DNA of 64,000 nucleotides from Allomuricauda sp. (GCA_003712125.1 RHLF01000004.1:6332-70331), one strand, 5' to 3'; positions 1 through 10,401 are shown, numbered from the stretch's first letter. A program made the numbers and translations. The notes: generated by a model not told the origin, from the letters alone.

Positions 1-1
1 T

Positions 2-832
2 GAAAAGGCCACACCCAAGGTCAACGAATACAACAATGGGTTTTACGGACCCTACAATAGGGCAACCGAAAAACAAAAATCTCAATACGAGCCAACACTT
101 GATGCCATTAACCAGTTTTTTGAAGAAAACTGGCCCACCATGAATGAAAGAGAAAAAATGCAATGGAAATACCAACGCTATATGCAAGACTATTTGGCCT
201 GCATCTCGTCTGTTGATGATAACGTGGGGCGTCTTTTGGATTATTTGGATGATTCCGGACTGGCCGAAAATACCATTGTAATATACACCTCGGATCAAGG
301 ATTTTTCCTGGGAGAGCACGGCTGGTTCGACAAGCGCTTCATTTATAACGAATCTTTTAAAACGCCTTTGTTGGCGCGTTGGCCGAACAAAATCAATGCG
401 GGAACTGTGGAGACCAAAATGGTACAAAATCTTGATTTTGCCCAAACCATGCTCGAAGCAGCACAAATCAAGGCTCCCGATCATATGCAAGGCGAAAGCC
501 TAATGCCGCTCTTACTGGGCGAAGGTGATGATTGGGACAGAGATGCCGTGTATTACCACTATTACGAGTATCCCTCTGTACATATGGTAAAAAGGCATTA
601 TGGTGTGGTTACCGAAGAATTCAAATTGGCACATTTTTATTATGATGTGGATGAATGGGAATTGTATGATCGGTTAAAAGACCCCAATGAACTTAAAAAT
701 GTGTACCATGACCCTGTTTATCAAGATACCGTCAAATCACTCAAAACCAAATTGGCAAATCTTAGAAGGCAATACAAAGATTCCGAAGCGCTAGACCAAA
801 AATTCATCGAACGCTACAAAGCAAAAAAGTGA
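2..832 (+). CDS. Sulfatase family protein, C-terminal part (5' truncated by the window edge)
   Basis: The frame is open from base 2 to TGA at 832. Sulfatase motifs YTSDQGFFLGEHG, DKRFIY and the NLDFAQT segment are present, with a DUF4976-like tail. Confidence 0.85.
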   Translation, partial: EKATPKVNEYNNGFYGPYNRATEKQKSQYEPTLDAINQFFEENWPTMNEREKMQWKYQRYMQDYLACISSVDDNVGRLLDYLDDSGLAENTIVIYTSDQGFFLGEHGWFDKRFIYNESFKTPLLARWPNKINAGTVETKMVQNLDFAQTMLEAAQIKAPDHMQGESLMPLLLGEGDDWDRDAVYYHYYEYPSVHMVKRHYGVVTEEFKLAHFYYDVDEWELYDRLKDPNELKNVYHDPVYQDTVKSLKTKLANLRRQYKDSEALDQKFIERYKAKK

Positions 833-843
833 CCCTTTGTTGA

Positions 844-2160
844 TCAGGTCTTCTGCTTCTTTTTGCGCGCGGCCGGAAAGAGTACATTGTTCAATATCAA
901 TCGATAGCCCGGTGAAGTGGGATGAAGCTCGAGTTCTGTTTTTGGATCGCCCACACGATGTTGGTAATCTTCGGGGTCGTGACCGCCATAAAACGTAAAA
1001 AATCCCTTCCCTTGAATGCCATGTAAGTAACGCGCCTCCCCATTTAGCTTACTTTCACCCAAGACCATTACTGTTGGTTTGACCTCACCTCGCACAAATG
1101 AGGTGGTTTGGCCCATAAACCCTTTTACCAAAGTGGTATGGTTCTGTGTCAACATGGTTGGTACCGGGTCCCATTTTGCCGAGAATTCCATCAAGGAAAA
1201 ATAGTCCGATTCTTTTGGGATTTTACGCTTTGCCGTCATGTCAATGGAGGAGAATTCATAGCGCAAGGGATTTCGTTCCAAGGTAAAGTTGGTAAACGCA
1301 AAGGTTCTGCTGAAGTCGAGTTTTCCCTGATAATTGGCTTCAGAGGGATCACCGTCAAACATGGGTTCACAAATATCAACTCCCTTGGCGGCCAAGGCGA
1401 TATCAAAACTATCGGTCGCTGAGCACATGGCGAACATAAAACCACCACCAATGACATAGCGTCGTATTTTTTCGGCCACAGCGCTTTTTTCATCCGAGAC
1501 CTTTTGAAAACCCAATTTTAAGGCCCGCTCTTCGGCCAAACGTTTTCCTTCAATGTACCACGGGGCAGCTCGAAAAGAACCGTAGAATTTCCCGAATTGT
1601 CCGGTAAAATCTTCGTGATGTAGATGCAACCAATCGTACAATGCCAGTTTATCATCCAATACTTCTTCATCATAGAGGGTTACATAGGGTATTTCAGCAT
1701 AGGTAAGCACCATGGTTACCGCATCATCCCAAGGTTGATTGTCCTTAGGGGAATAAACGGCAATTTTAGGAGCCTTTTCCAAAATAACCGCATCTTGATT
1801 TTGGGAAGGGCTACTTATCTCATCTAAAATGGCTTCCGCCTGTCCATCGGAAAGCACCTCAAAGGATACGCCTCTGATTTGACATTCTTTTCGAATGGTT
1901 TCGCCATCTGGCAACAGAAAAGATCCACCCCGATAATTAAGCAGCCATTGCACCTTTTGCTGCTTGGTCAAGACCCAATAGGTAATTCCATAGGCCTTAA
2001 GATGATTTTCCTGGCCTTCGGCATCCATTGGAATCAGCAATACTGAGGCTGAAGTATAGCAAGAAAATAGAATAAAAAAGAAAAATAGATTTCTGGCCTT
2101 AGCGCCAAATAAGCTTCCTTTAAAAAGGAATGTCGTTATCTTCTTCGGTATTTGCGTCAT
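844..2160 (-). CDS. Conserved Bacteroidota exported protein of unknown function (often loosely labelled asparagine synthetase B)
   Basis: 438-aa ORF with a hydrophobic signal-like segment before LLIPMD and the conserved-looking blocks YDWLHLHHEDFTGQ, FAMCSATD and GGHDPEDY. The start is uncertain because it overlaps the dnaB 3' end. Confidence 0.7.
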   Translation of the reverse strand: MTQIPKKITTFLFKGSLFGAKARNLFFFFILFSCYTSASVLLIPMDAEGQENHLKAYGITYWVLTKQQKVQWLLNYRGGSFLLPDGETIRKECQIRGVSFEVLSDGQAEAILDEISSPSQNQDAVILEKAPKIAVYSPKDNQPWDDAVTMVLTYAEIPYVTLYDEEVLDDKLALYDWLHLHHEDFTGQFGKFYGSFRAAPWYIEGKRLAEERALKLGFQKVSDEKSAVAEKIRRYVIGGGFMFAMCSATDSFDIALAAKGVDICEPMFDGDPSEANYQGKLDFSRTFAFTNFTLERNPLRYEFSSIDMTAKRKIPKESDYFSLMEFSAKWDPVPTMLTQNHTTLVKGFMGQTTSFVRGEVKPTVMVLGESKLNGEARYLHGIQGKGFFTFYGGHDPEDYQHRVGDPKTELELHPTSPGYRLILNNVLFPAARKKKQKT

Positions 2161-3670
2161 CGTTCATTGTGCTTCCAAAAGCTTCGTCGGCACTGGGTGG
2201 ATTTTGCGTGATAAAGGGATTTTCTTCATCCGCGTTCATTTTAGACTGAAACTCAAAAGGAGAATCAAAGTCATCTAAATTATCAAATTTACCCAAAGCC
2301 CCAATGAACTTTAACCTAACATTATCCAATCCTCCATTACGGTGCTTGGCCACAATAAACTCTGCCTGTCCCTGTGTGGGCGTGCGTTCTTCATCATCCC
2401 ATTCATCAATTTTATAATATTCAGGACGGTAAATAAAAGAAACAATGTCGGCATCTTGTTCAATGGCTCCTGATTCCCGCAGGTCAGATAGGATGGGTCG
2501 TTTGCTTCCTCCTCGGGTTTCAACCGCCCTAGATAACTGGGATAGGGCAATGACCGGCACATCAAGTTCTTTGGCCAAGGCCTTTAAATTCCTTGAAATG
2601 GTAGAGATTTCCTGTTCTCGATTCCCACCTTTTTGACTGGCTCCAGAAGTCATGAGCTGCAAATAGTCAACTATGATGAGTTTTATCTTGTGTTGCGAGG
2701 CCAATCGACGGGCCTTTGCACGTAAATCAAATATGGAGAGTGACGGAGTATCATCAATAAACAATGGTGCTTTTTCCAAAGCTTTCACCTTAACGTTCAA
2801 TTGTTCCCATTCGTGTTTCTCCAAACGACCCGTTCGCAATTTTTCTGATGAAAGCCCAGTCTCTGATGAAATCAAACGCGTAATCAATTGGACAGAGGAC
2901 ATTTCAAGTGAAAAGAAGGCCACCGGAACTTCTGAATTCACCGCAATATTGCGGGCCATAGATAAAACAAGCGCTGTTTTACCCATACCGGGCCTTGCTG
3001 CAATAATGATCAAATCACTTGGTTGCCATCCAGAGGTCAATTTATCAACCTTATCAAAACCTGATGGGATACCACTTAATCCCTCTTTATTGGCAATTTC
3101 CTCAATCTTCTTTTTTGCCTGAATAACCAAATTTTGGGCCGATTCTACAGAACGTTTTAAATTCCCCTGTGTTACTTCATATAACTTGGCTTCTGCATTG
3201 TCCAAGAGGTCAAAAACATCACTTGACTCATCGTAGGCATCTTCAATGATTTCATTTGAAATCTTGATTAGACTCCTTTGAATGTATTTTTGGAGGATAA
3301 TACGCGCATGAAACTCAATATGAGCGGATGAGGCCACTTTTTGGGTCAATTTTATCAAGTAAAAATCACCTCCTACGGCTTCGAGCTTACCATCTTTCTT
3401 TAATTGGGACGAAACAGTTAACAAATCAACCGGTTCCGAAGTTTCGAACAATTTAAAGATGGCTTCGTAAATAAATCGATGGGCGTCTTTATAGAATACA
3501 TCAGGGTGTAAAATATCGATCACCTCATCTACCCCCTTTTTATCAATCATCATCGCACCCAATACAACTTCCTCTAAATCAACGGCTTGCGGAGGTATTT
3601 TTCCGCGTTCAAGGTTGATGACCGTTGATTTATCGATTCGACGACCTAATATTGGGCTTGGTTTGTCCAT
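2120..3670 (-). CDS. dnaB: Replicative DNA helicase
   Basis: PPQAVDLEEVVLG N-terminus, Walker A AARPGMGKT, DYLQLM, LSQLSR and DLRESGAIEQDAD. Confidence 0.98.
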   Translation of the reverse strand: MDKPSPILGRRIDKSTVINLERGKIPPQAVDLEEVVLGAMMIDKKGVDEVIDILHPDVFYKDAHRFIYEAIFKLFETSEPVDLLTVSSQLKKDGKLEAVGGDFYLIKLTQKVASSAHIEFHARIILQKYIQRSLIKISNEIIEDAYDESSDVFDLLDNAEAKLYEVTQGNLKRSVESAQNLVIQAKKKIEEIANKEGLSGIPSGFDKVDKLTSGWQPSDLIIIAARPGMGKTALVLSMARNIAVNSEVPVAFFSLEMSSVQLITRLISSETGLSSEKLRTGRLEKHEWEQLNVKVKALEKAPLFIDDTPSLSIFDLRAKARRLASQHKIKLIIVDYLQLMTSGASQKGGNREQEISTISRNLKALAKELDVPVIALSQLSRAVETRGGSKRPILSDLRESGAIEQDADIVSFIYRPEYYKIDEWDDEERTPTQGQAEFIVAKHRNGGLDNVRLKFIGALGKFDNLDDFDSPFEFQSKMNADEENPFITQNPPSADEAFGSTMNDDANTEEDNDIPF

Positions 3671-3742
3671 GGATGCGAATGTATGGAATTAACCTTTAGT
3701 TAACGTTACCTTTTAATTTTCGGATGTTCACAGGTAATAAAC

Positions 3743-3781
3743 AAAATTAGTGTTGATAACTAAAAATTAGTGTTAACAACT
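3743..3781. repeat. Tandem 19-bp direct repeat (period 20) containing DnaA-box-like 9-mers
   Basis: AAAATTAGTGTTGATAACT (3743-3761) and AAAATTAGTGTTAACAACT (3763-3781). TGTTGATAA is one mismatch from the DnaA box TGTGGATAA. Confidence 0.55.
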
Positions 3782-3837
3782 CAAATAAATAGGAAAAATC
3801 CCAACGGGTGGAAAAAGTAAAAACGAAAAATCTGGTA

Positions 3838-4791
3838 TTAGCCGTTAAACACACCCATTGTGGCGTACTTATCCATGCGCGTTTTCACCAAATCTTTTGG
3901 TGATAACTTTTTTAATTCTTCAAAATGGGTGGCAATTTTTTGCTTTACGGTCTCAAAAGTTTTCTCTCGATTTGAATGGGCACCCCCTAATGGCTCCCTC
4001 ACAATTTCATCGATTAACTTTAGTTTTTTCATATCGCCAGCAGTAAGCTTGAGGGCTTCAGCAGCTTGTTCTTTATACTCCCAGCTGCGCCACAGAATTG
4101 AGGAACACGATTCTGGAGATATAACCGAATACCAGGTGTTTTCCAACATGAGCACCTTGTCGCCCACGCCGATGCCCAAGGCACCGCCTGAAGCTCCCTC
4201 TCCAATGATAACTACAATGATGGGAACTTTGAGTCGGGTCATTTCCAAGATGTTACGGGCAATGGCTTCACCCTGCCCCCGCTCTTCGGCTTCAATACCA
4301 GGATAGGCTCCCGGAGTATCGATAAAACAGACTACGGGCACACCGAACTTTTCAGCCGATTTCATAAGACGCAATGCTTTTCTATAGCCTTCGGGATTTG
4401 CCATTCCGAAATTACGGTACTGCCTTGTTTTGGTATTGTATCCCTTCTGTTGTCCGATGAACATATAGCTTTGGTCACCTATTTTGCCCAATCCGCCAAC
4501 CATCGCCTTATCATCCTTCACATTACGGTCACCATGAAGCTCCAAAAAGGTATCCCCGCAAATGGCAGTGATATAGTCCATAGTATAAGGGCGATTGGGA
4601 TGTCTTGACAGTTGAACCCGTTGCCAGGCATTTAGATTTTTATAAATATCCTTACGGGTCTCAGCGAGTTTTTTTTCGATTTGTTGGCAGGTTTCAGTGA
4701 CATCAACATCACTCTCTTCACCAATCACCATACATTTTTCTAGCTGTTGCTCAAGTTCCTTTATGGGCAATTCAAAATCGAGATATTCCAT
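3838..4791 (-). CDS. accA: Acetyl-CoA carboxylase carboxyltransferase alpha subunit
   Basis: [10 protein letters not shown] start, [21 protein letters not shown] and YSVISPESC. Confidence 0.97.
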   Translation of the reverse strand: MEYLDFELPIKELEQQLEKCMVIGEESDVDVTETCQQIEKKLAETRKDIYKNLNAWQRVQLSRHPNRPYTMDYITAICGDTFLELHGDRNVKDDKAMVGGLGKIGDQSYMFIGQQKGYNTKTRQYRNFGMANPEGYRKALRLMKSAEKFGVPVVCFIDTPGAYPGIEAEERGQGEAIARNILEMTRLKVPIIVVIIGEGASGGALGIGVGDKVLMLENTWYSVISPESCSSILWRSWEYKEQAAEALKLTAGDMKKLKLIDEIVREPLGGAHSNREKTFETVKQKIATHFEELKKLSPKDLVKTRMDKYATMGVFNG

Positions 4792-4882
4792 ACCTATTGT
4801 TTCGTAGAAAGTGGGACAAATATAAAACTTTACCTTAGAATAATGGCCGTAAAAAGTTCACTTCAAAATCGAAATGACATTT

Positions 4883-5962
4883 CTATCGCTTGGCCTTTTG
4901 CAGCAGATAAACAGCTAACGCACCAAACAATAAATTGGGGATGATGACCGCCAGAAGTGGAGAAAAACCTGATTGTTCTGCCAAGGTCCCAAAGACCTTA
5001 TCAAAAAAGATATAAATAAAGGCCACCCCAATACCAAAGGCTAAATTCACTCCCATTCCCCCACGACGCTTGACCGAAGAGACAGCAACAGCTATAATCG
5101 TTAAAATAAAGGCCGCTATGGGGAGAGCCCATCTTTTGTATTTCACCAATACATAGGTATTAATGTTGGAAGCACCTTTTCGCTTTTGATCCTCAATAAA
5201 TCGGTTCAATTCGAATAAGTTCTTTGTGTCAGCGATATACGAGACCGGAGTCAGATCGCCTATCTGGAAGGTGAACAAGGTGTCCAATCTTCGTTTGGTT
5301 TCCACATACTCTGTACCATCCTTGACGGTACGCTTCACATAATTGGTCATACGGTAGGTACTATCCTTATCCATCCAACGAATATTGGCTGCAGATAGCT
5401 TATAGGCCAATTGGTCCTTTTCGAAATGCTCGTAGGTGAAATTATACCCAATTTGCCGCGCTGGATCAAAACTACTTACGTAGATAAAATCGTTCTCATT
5501 GAGCTGGGTGAAAATATTTTTTGTCTGCCTGTCCTGCTTGTGTTTTTTGAAGTATTTGTATTCGAATTCGTTATATCCGATGCTGGCATGCGGTACAATA
5601 AACATACCCATCATAAATATCAAAAAGGCCACTATGGTCGCCCCAATCATATAAGGACGTAAAAACCGCCAATAGGACACTCCAGAACTAAGTATGGCAA
5701 CAATTTCAGTGTTGCTGGCCAATTTTGAGGTAAAGAAAATAATGGAAAGGAAAAGAAATATAGGAAACAACAGATTACCAATAACCAAGGTAAAGTTCCC
5801 GTAAAAGACAATGACCTCCGACAGTGGGGCTTCATTGTCAATTATTTTACCAATTTTTTCGGCAAGGTTGGCCATGATACCGATGGGAACAAAAAGCAAT
5901 ATCATGCCCAAAAAAGTGAACAGATAACGTTTTAATATGTACCTATCTAAAATGGTTAGCAT
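4883..5962 (-). CDS. LptF/LptG (YjgP/YjgQ) LPS export ABC transporter permease
   Basis: MLTILDRYI start, SKLASNTEIVAILSSGVS and a multi-TM profile. The start was moved to ATG 5962, which overlaps the tgt stop (TAATG). Confidence 0.9.
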   Translation of the reverse strand: MLTILDRYILKRYLFTFLGMILLFVPIGIMANLAEKIGKIIDNEAPLSEVIVFYGNFTLVIGNLLFPIFLFLSIIFFTSKLASNTEIVAILSSGVSYWRFLRPYMIGATIVAFLIFMMGMFIVPHASIGYNEFEYKYFKKHKQDRQTKNIFTQLNENDFIYVSSFDPARQIGYNFTYEHFEKDQLAYKLSAANIRWMDKDSTYRMTNYVKRTVKDGTEYVETKRRLDTLFTFQIGDLTPVSYIADTKNLFELNRFIEDQKRKGASNINTYVLVKYKRWALPIAAFILTIIAVAVSSVKRRGGMGVNLAFGIGVAFIYIFFDKVFGTLAEQSGFSPLLAVIIPNLLFGALAVYLLQKAKR

Positions 5963-7092
5963 TACAAGCGTTTGTTCATTTGGTTGACCATTTTGTTTTT
6001 CCAACTATAAAAGTCACCGGCCAAAATACGTTGACGGGCTTCCCGAACCAACCAAAGGTAAAACCCTAGGTTATGAATGGTTGCGATTTGTTTCCCCAAG
6101 TACTCATTGGCCGCAAACAGGTGTCTTAAATAGGCCTTTGAATATTCTTTGTCTACGAAGGTAATGCCCATTTCATCAACCGGAGAAAAATCATTTTCCC
6201 ATTTTTTGTTCTTGATATTGATCGTACCATGGGCCGTAAAAAGCATTCCGTTGCGCGCATTGCGTGTGGGCATAACACAATCAAACATATCGACACCCAA
6301 TGCGATATTTTCCAAAATGTTTATGGGTGTCCCCACGCCCATTAAATAGCGGGGTTTATCTTCTGGAAGTATATCGCAAACCACTTCGGCCATCCCGTAC
6401 ATTTCCTCAGCAGGTTCTCCCACCGAAAGTCCCCCAATGGCATTCCCTACCGCACCAACCGAGGCAATATATTCTGCAGATTGCTTGCGCAGGTCTTTAA
6501 AGGTCGATCCTTGTACAATGGGAAAGAAGGCCTGTTCGAAACCATACTTATAAGGGAGGTTTTCCAAATGCGTGATGCAACGATCCAACCAGCGATGGGT
6601 TAACTCCATTGAGCGTTTGGCGTAACCATATTCACAGGGATAAGGCGTGCACTCATCAAATGCCATAATGATATCGGCCCCAATAGTGCGCTGGATCTCC
6701 ATTACATTTTCTGGGGTGAAGAAGTGGCTCGAGCCATCAATATGCGACTTAAACTTTACCCCTTCTTCATTAATTTTTCTATTGCCAGAGAGCGAATACA
6801 CTTGATAGCCACCACTATCGGTCAAAATATTACCTTCCCAGCCCATAAACTTATGCAACCCGCCCGCTTGTTCGAGAATATCGATACCGGGCCGCAAAAA
6901 CAAATGGTAGGTATTCCCTAGGATGACATCAGGTTTGATCTCTTGACGCAATTCGCGTTGATGTACTCCCTTAACAGAGGCAACGGTGCCCACAGGCATA
7001 AAAATAGGGGTTTCGATTACCCCGTGGTCTGTTTCAAATTTTCCAGCCCTAGCCTTGCTATCAGTTTTTTCTAAGGAATATTTCAAGCCCAT
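5962..7092 (-). CDS. tgt: tRNA-guanine transglycosylase
   Basis: TPIFMPVGT, LGNTYHL, TDSGGYQ, DMFDCVMPTRNARNG and HNLGFY. Confidence 0.97.
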   Translation of the reverse strand: MGLKYSLEKTDSKARAGKFETDHGVIETPIFMPVGTVASVKGVHQRELRQEIKPDVILGNTYHLFLRPGIDILEQAGGLHKFMGWEGNILTDSGGYQVYSLSGNRKINEEGVKFKSHIDGSSHFFTPENVMEIQRTIGADIIMAFDECTPYPCEYGYAKRSMELTHRWLDRCITHLENLPYKYGFEQAFFPIVQGSTFKDLRKQSAEYIASVGAVGNAIGGLSVGEPAEEMYGMAEVVCDILPEDKPRYLMGVGTPINILENIALGVDMFDCVMPTRNARNGMLFTAHGTINIKNKKWENDFSPVDEMGITFVDKEYSKAYLRHLFAANEYLGKQIATIHNLGFYLWLVREARQRILAGDFYSWKNKMVNQMNKRL

Positions 7093-7242
7093 TATTTAAA
7101 GGCACAAATATACATAACCCAACAGAGCAGGGTACTTAACAAAAAAATAAAGTTGATGAAAAGGTTTTCGTAAAATATCCCAAGTCTCTCTTGTTTACCA
7201 ACTTCAATGCCATTACTTTTGGAAGCATTACAATCATACAAA

Positions 7243-8088
7243 ATGAGTGACCTAAAAGAATTAGAAGACCTGGTAGTTCAGGTACGGAGAGACATTGTAA
7301 GAATGGTACATAAGGTAAACTCGGGACATCCCGGGGGCTCACTGGGTTGCACTGAATTTTTTGTGGCTCTTTACAATGAAGTCATGGAATTAAAGGCCGA
7401 TTTTGAGATGGATGGTATTGGAGAAGATGTATTTTTTCTTTCCAATGGCCATATATCGCCGGTTTTTTATAGCGTTTTGGCACGAAGGGGCTACTTCCCA
7501 GTAGAAGAATTGAATACCTTTCGATTGATTGATTCGCGCTTACAAGGCCATCCTACCACCCATGAAGGTTTACCTGGAGTTCGTGTGGCCTCGGGATCCT
7601 TGGGTCAAGGCATGTCAGTGGCCATTGGAGCCGCACTGGCCAAAAAACTTAATGGCGATGACCACTTGGTCTACAGTTTGCATGGTGATGGTGAACTGCA
7701 GGAAGGCCAAAATTGGGAAGCTATTATGTATGCCGCGGGAAACAAAGTAGATAATTTAATAGCAACAATCGACAGAAATGGGCAGCAAATCGATGGCGCC
7801 ACCGAAGAGGTGCTCCCTTTGGGCGATGTTGCCGAAAAATTTAGGGTGTTCGGTTGGGATGTTCTTGAAATAGAGGACGGCAATAACCTGCAACAGGTAA
7901 TTGACGGATTGGCCGAAGCCAAAAAGAGAACCGGTAATGGCAAACCTGTGTGTATCGTCATGACCACCATGATGGGTAATGGCGTCGATTTCATGATGCA
8001 TACCCATGCCTGGCATGGCAAAGCACCCAATGACGAACAGCTGGCCGTGGCGTTGGAACAGAACGAGGAAACATTAGGGGACTATTAA
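7243..8088 (+). CDS. Transketolase, N-terminal (TPP-binding) subunit
   Basis: SGHPGGSLG, LSNGH, LQGHP and GDGELQEGQNWEA. Start placed at MSDLK. Confidence 0.93.
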   Translation: MSDLKELEDLVVQVRRDIVRMVHKVNSGHPGGSLGCTEFFVALYNEVMELKADFEMDGIGEDVFFLSNGHISPVFYSVLARRGYFPVEELNTFRLIDSRLQGHPTTHEGLPGVRVASGSLGQGMSVAIGAALAKKLNGDDHLVYSLHGDGELQEGQNWEAIMYAAGNKVDNLIATIDRNGQQIDGATEEVLPLGDVAEKFRVFGWDVLEIEDGNNLQQVIDGLAEAKKRTGNGKPVCIVMTTMMGNGVDFMMHTHAWHGKAPNDEQLAVALEQNEETLGDY

Positions 8089-8099
8089 TTGTTTGAAGG

Positions 8100-8783
8100 T
8101 TGAGAACGCTACTGATCTTTGCGATGGTGCTGGTAAGTTGTAATTCGCTTGCCCAAAAAATAGATATAAGCCTAGACTACAGTGTTACTTATGTCATACC
8201 CAAAAGCAACGATACCATTCGATTGAGCATTGGGGATTCGGGAAAGATGATTTTTACAGATTCAAAATCATTGGCCAAAGAATTTGGTTCAAGCTTCGGC
8301 TCATTGATTCCTACCGCTCCAGAACAAACGGATGCCAAAATCTTATTGGATTTAAAAGCCAACAAAATGTACATGGAAGCGAAGGTAGCCGACAATGTAA
8401 TGTTGATGAACCTTGACATTTTGAATTTCATACCAAAACCCACACGGAACGCTGATTCAGTGGCCGTTCGAGCCGAATTGAATGGGGAAACATATTTTGT
8501 TATGGATCGGTTGCACGACCTTTATAATATTATTTCCGATGGTAAGGAAGGGATCAGTTTTAAAATGGCTTTTGATGAAAACTACCCTTTAGATTTCAAT
8601 AACACCTTTAGTCCTTTTATACAACTAATTACTGGTGGCGAACTGGTATTGGATTTCCCATCCGGTGTCATCCTCTATGCCGAAGATGCCAATGGTGCTG
8701 AGGTGCTTAGGGCCATCGACATAAGAAATGAGGCCCAAAGGATTGAAGCAAATTTCAACTTAAATCAAATTTTTCCACAATGA
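8100..8783 (+). CDS. Hypothetical exported protein inserted between the two transketolase genes
   Basis: 227-aa ORF (TTG start) with a signal peptide (LVSC lipobox or SLA/Q cleavage). It overlaps the next start (ATGA). Confidence 0.7.
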   Translation: MRTLLIFAMVLVSCNSLAQKIDISLDYSVTYVIPKSNDTIRLSIGDSGKMIFTDSKSLAKEFGSSFGSLIPTAPEQTDAKILLDLKANKMYMEAKVADNVMLMNLDILNFIPKPTRNADSVAVRAELNGETYFVMDRLHDLYNIISDGKEGISFKMAFDENYPLDFNNTFSPFIQLITGGELVLDFPSGVILYAEDANGAEVLRAIDIRNEAQRIEANFNLNQIFPQ

Positions 8784-9733
8784 CAAAATATACAGATCAG
8801 GGAAAACAGGACACTCGTAGCGGCTATGGTGCCGGAATGACCGAATTGGGTAGGACAAACCCGAACGTGGTTGCACTTTGCGCCGATTTGGTGGGGTCCT
8901 TAAAGATAGAAACCTTTATTGCAGAAAACCCTGACCGTTTTTTTCAGGTAGGTATTGCCGAAGCCAATATGATGGGCATTGCGGCCGGTTTGACCATAGG
9001 GGGAAAAATACCTTTTGCAAGCACGTTTGCAAACTTTGCCACTGGTCGGGTTTATGACCAAATCAGACAATCGATCGCCTATTCTGATAAAAATGTCAAA
9101 ATATGTGCCTCGCACGCAGGTCTGACCTTGGGTGAGGACGGTGCCACCCATCAAATTCTTGAAGATATCGGGTTGATGAAAATGTTGCCAGGTATGACGG
9201 TAATTAATCCCTGTGACTTCAACCAGACCAAAGCTGCCACCATTGCCATTGCAGAACATCACGGACCGGTTTATTTACGTTTCGGAAGACCTAAGGTAGC
9301 TAACTTTACCCCTGCAGAACAAAAGTTTGAAATCGGGAAGGCATTGCTACTAAATGAAGGTAGTGACGTAACCATAATCGCCACTGGCCATTTGGTATGG
9401 CAAGCATTGCTCGCTTGTGAAAATTTGGAAAACCAGGGTATTTCGGCTGAGGTCATCAATATTCATACGATCAAACCTTTGGACGAAAAAGCCATCATCG
9501 ATTCGGCCAAAAAAACAGGATGTGTTGTGACCGCCGAAGAACACAACTACTTGGGAGGCTTGGGTGAAAGTGTTGCCAGAACCCTGGCCCAAAACCATCC
9601 CACCCCACAAGAATTTATAGCGACGAAGGATACATTTGGTGAAAGCGGAACTCCAGAACAACTCATGGAGAAGTACGGTCTAAACAATAAAGCGATTGAG
9701 GAAGCCGTTTTAAAAGTGTTGAAGAGAAAGTGA
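8780..9733 (+). CDS. Transketolase, C-terminal (pyrimidine-binding) subunit
   Basis: GIAEANM, GEDGATHQ, GPVYLRFGR and TAEEH. Confidence 0.93.
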   Translation: MTKYTDQGKQDTRSGYGAGMTELGRTNPNVVALCADLVGSLKIETFIAENPDRFFQVGIAEANMMGIAAGLTIGGKIPFASTFANFATGRVYDQIRQSIAYSDKNVKICASHAGLTLGEDGATHQILEDIGLMKMLPGMTVINPCDFNQTKAATIAIAEHHGPVYLRFGRPKVANFTPAEQKFEIGKALLLNEGSDVTIIATGHLVWQALLACENLENQGISAEVINIHTIKPLDEKAIIDSAKKTGCVVTAEEHNYLGGLGESVARTLAQNHPTPQEFIATKDTFGESGTPEQLMEKYGLNNKAIEEAVLKVLKRK

Positions 9734-9784
9734 TTTTGGTATTGTCTTTGATACCTGTATCACAACAATTAAACGAAACACAAG

Positions 9785-10369
9785 ATGAAAAAAACATTTC
9801 TTATCGCTATTGCGACTTTATGCACCACATTTGCTTTTGCCCAAGCTGGTTCAGGATTTGGAATCAAAGCAGGATTAAACTACAACGGAAACGGAGATTA
9901 TTTCAACTCGGTAGAAAACGCATTTGAAAACCCCGATAAAAATGCTGGATTTCATATCGGTGTCTATGGAAAATTAGGCAATCGTATATATGTAAGGCCC
10001 GAATTGGTATACACCAGCACAACCTCGGGCTATGACGAAGGGGATCTGAAAATTCAAAAATTGGATGTTCCTGTATTGGTTGGAGCGAAAATTATTGGCC
10101 CCTTACATGCCTTCGTTGGTCCTTCATTCCAATATATCTTAAATAGCAAGTTTGAAGATGTGACCATTGATGACATCGATAATGATTTTACTGTAGGCTT
10201 TAATCTTGGAGCCGGGGTAAATTTGGGTAAGTTCGGAATTGACCTAAGGTATGAAAGGGGTTTTACAGAAAACGAAATCAGTTTCATAAACAGCAATATC
10301 GTCAATGTGAATGACCGCGTTGATACAAGGCCTGATCAATTGATTTTAAGTTTTTCACTGAAACTATAA
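9785..10369 (+). CDS. Outer-membrane beta-barrel (porin/PorT-like family) protein
   Basis: Signal peptide, FGIKAGLN, alternating beta-strand pattern, DLRYERG and a terminal LSFSLKL. Confidence 0.8.
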   Translation: MKKTFLIAIATLCTTFAFAQAGSGFGIKAGLNYNGNGDYFNSVENAFENPDKNAGFHIGVYGKLGNRIYVRPELVYTSTTSGYDEGDLKIQKLDVPVLVGAKIIGPLHAFVGPSFQYILNSKFEDVTIDDIDNDFTVGFNLGAGVNLGKFGIDLRYERGFTENEISFINSNIVNVNDRVDTRPDQLILSFSLKL

Positions 10370-10401
10370 AAAAAAGCCCTGAATGTTCAGGGCTTTTTTT
10401 T
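10368..10401. terminator. Bidirectional intrinsic terminator
   Basis: AAAAAAAGCCCTGAA-TG-TTCAGGGCTTTTTTT between convergent genes. Confidence 0.9.

Noticed and set aside
844-2160. Asparagine synthetase B (asnB) annotation
   Set aside because: No N-terminal catalytic Cys, no SGGLDS motif, and a signal-like segment is present.
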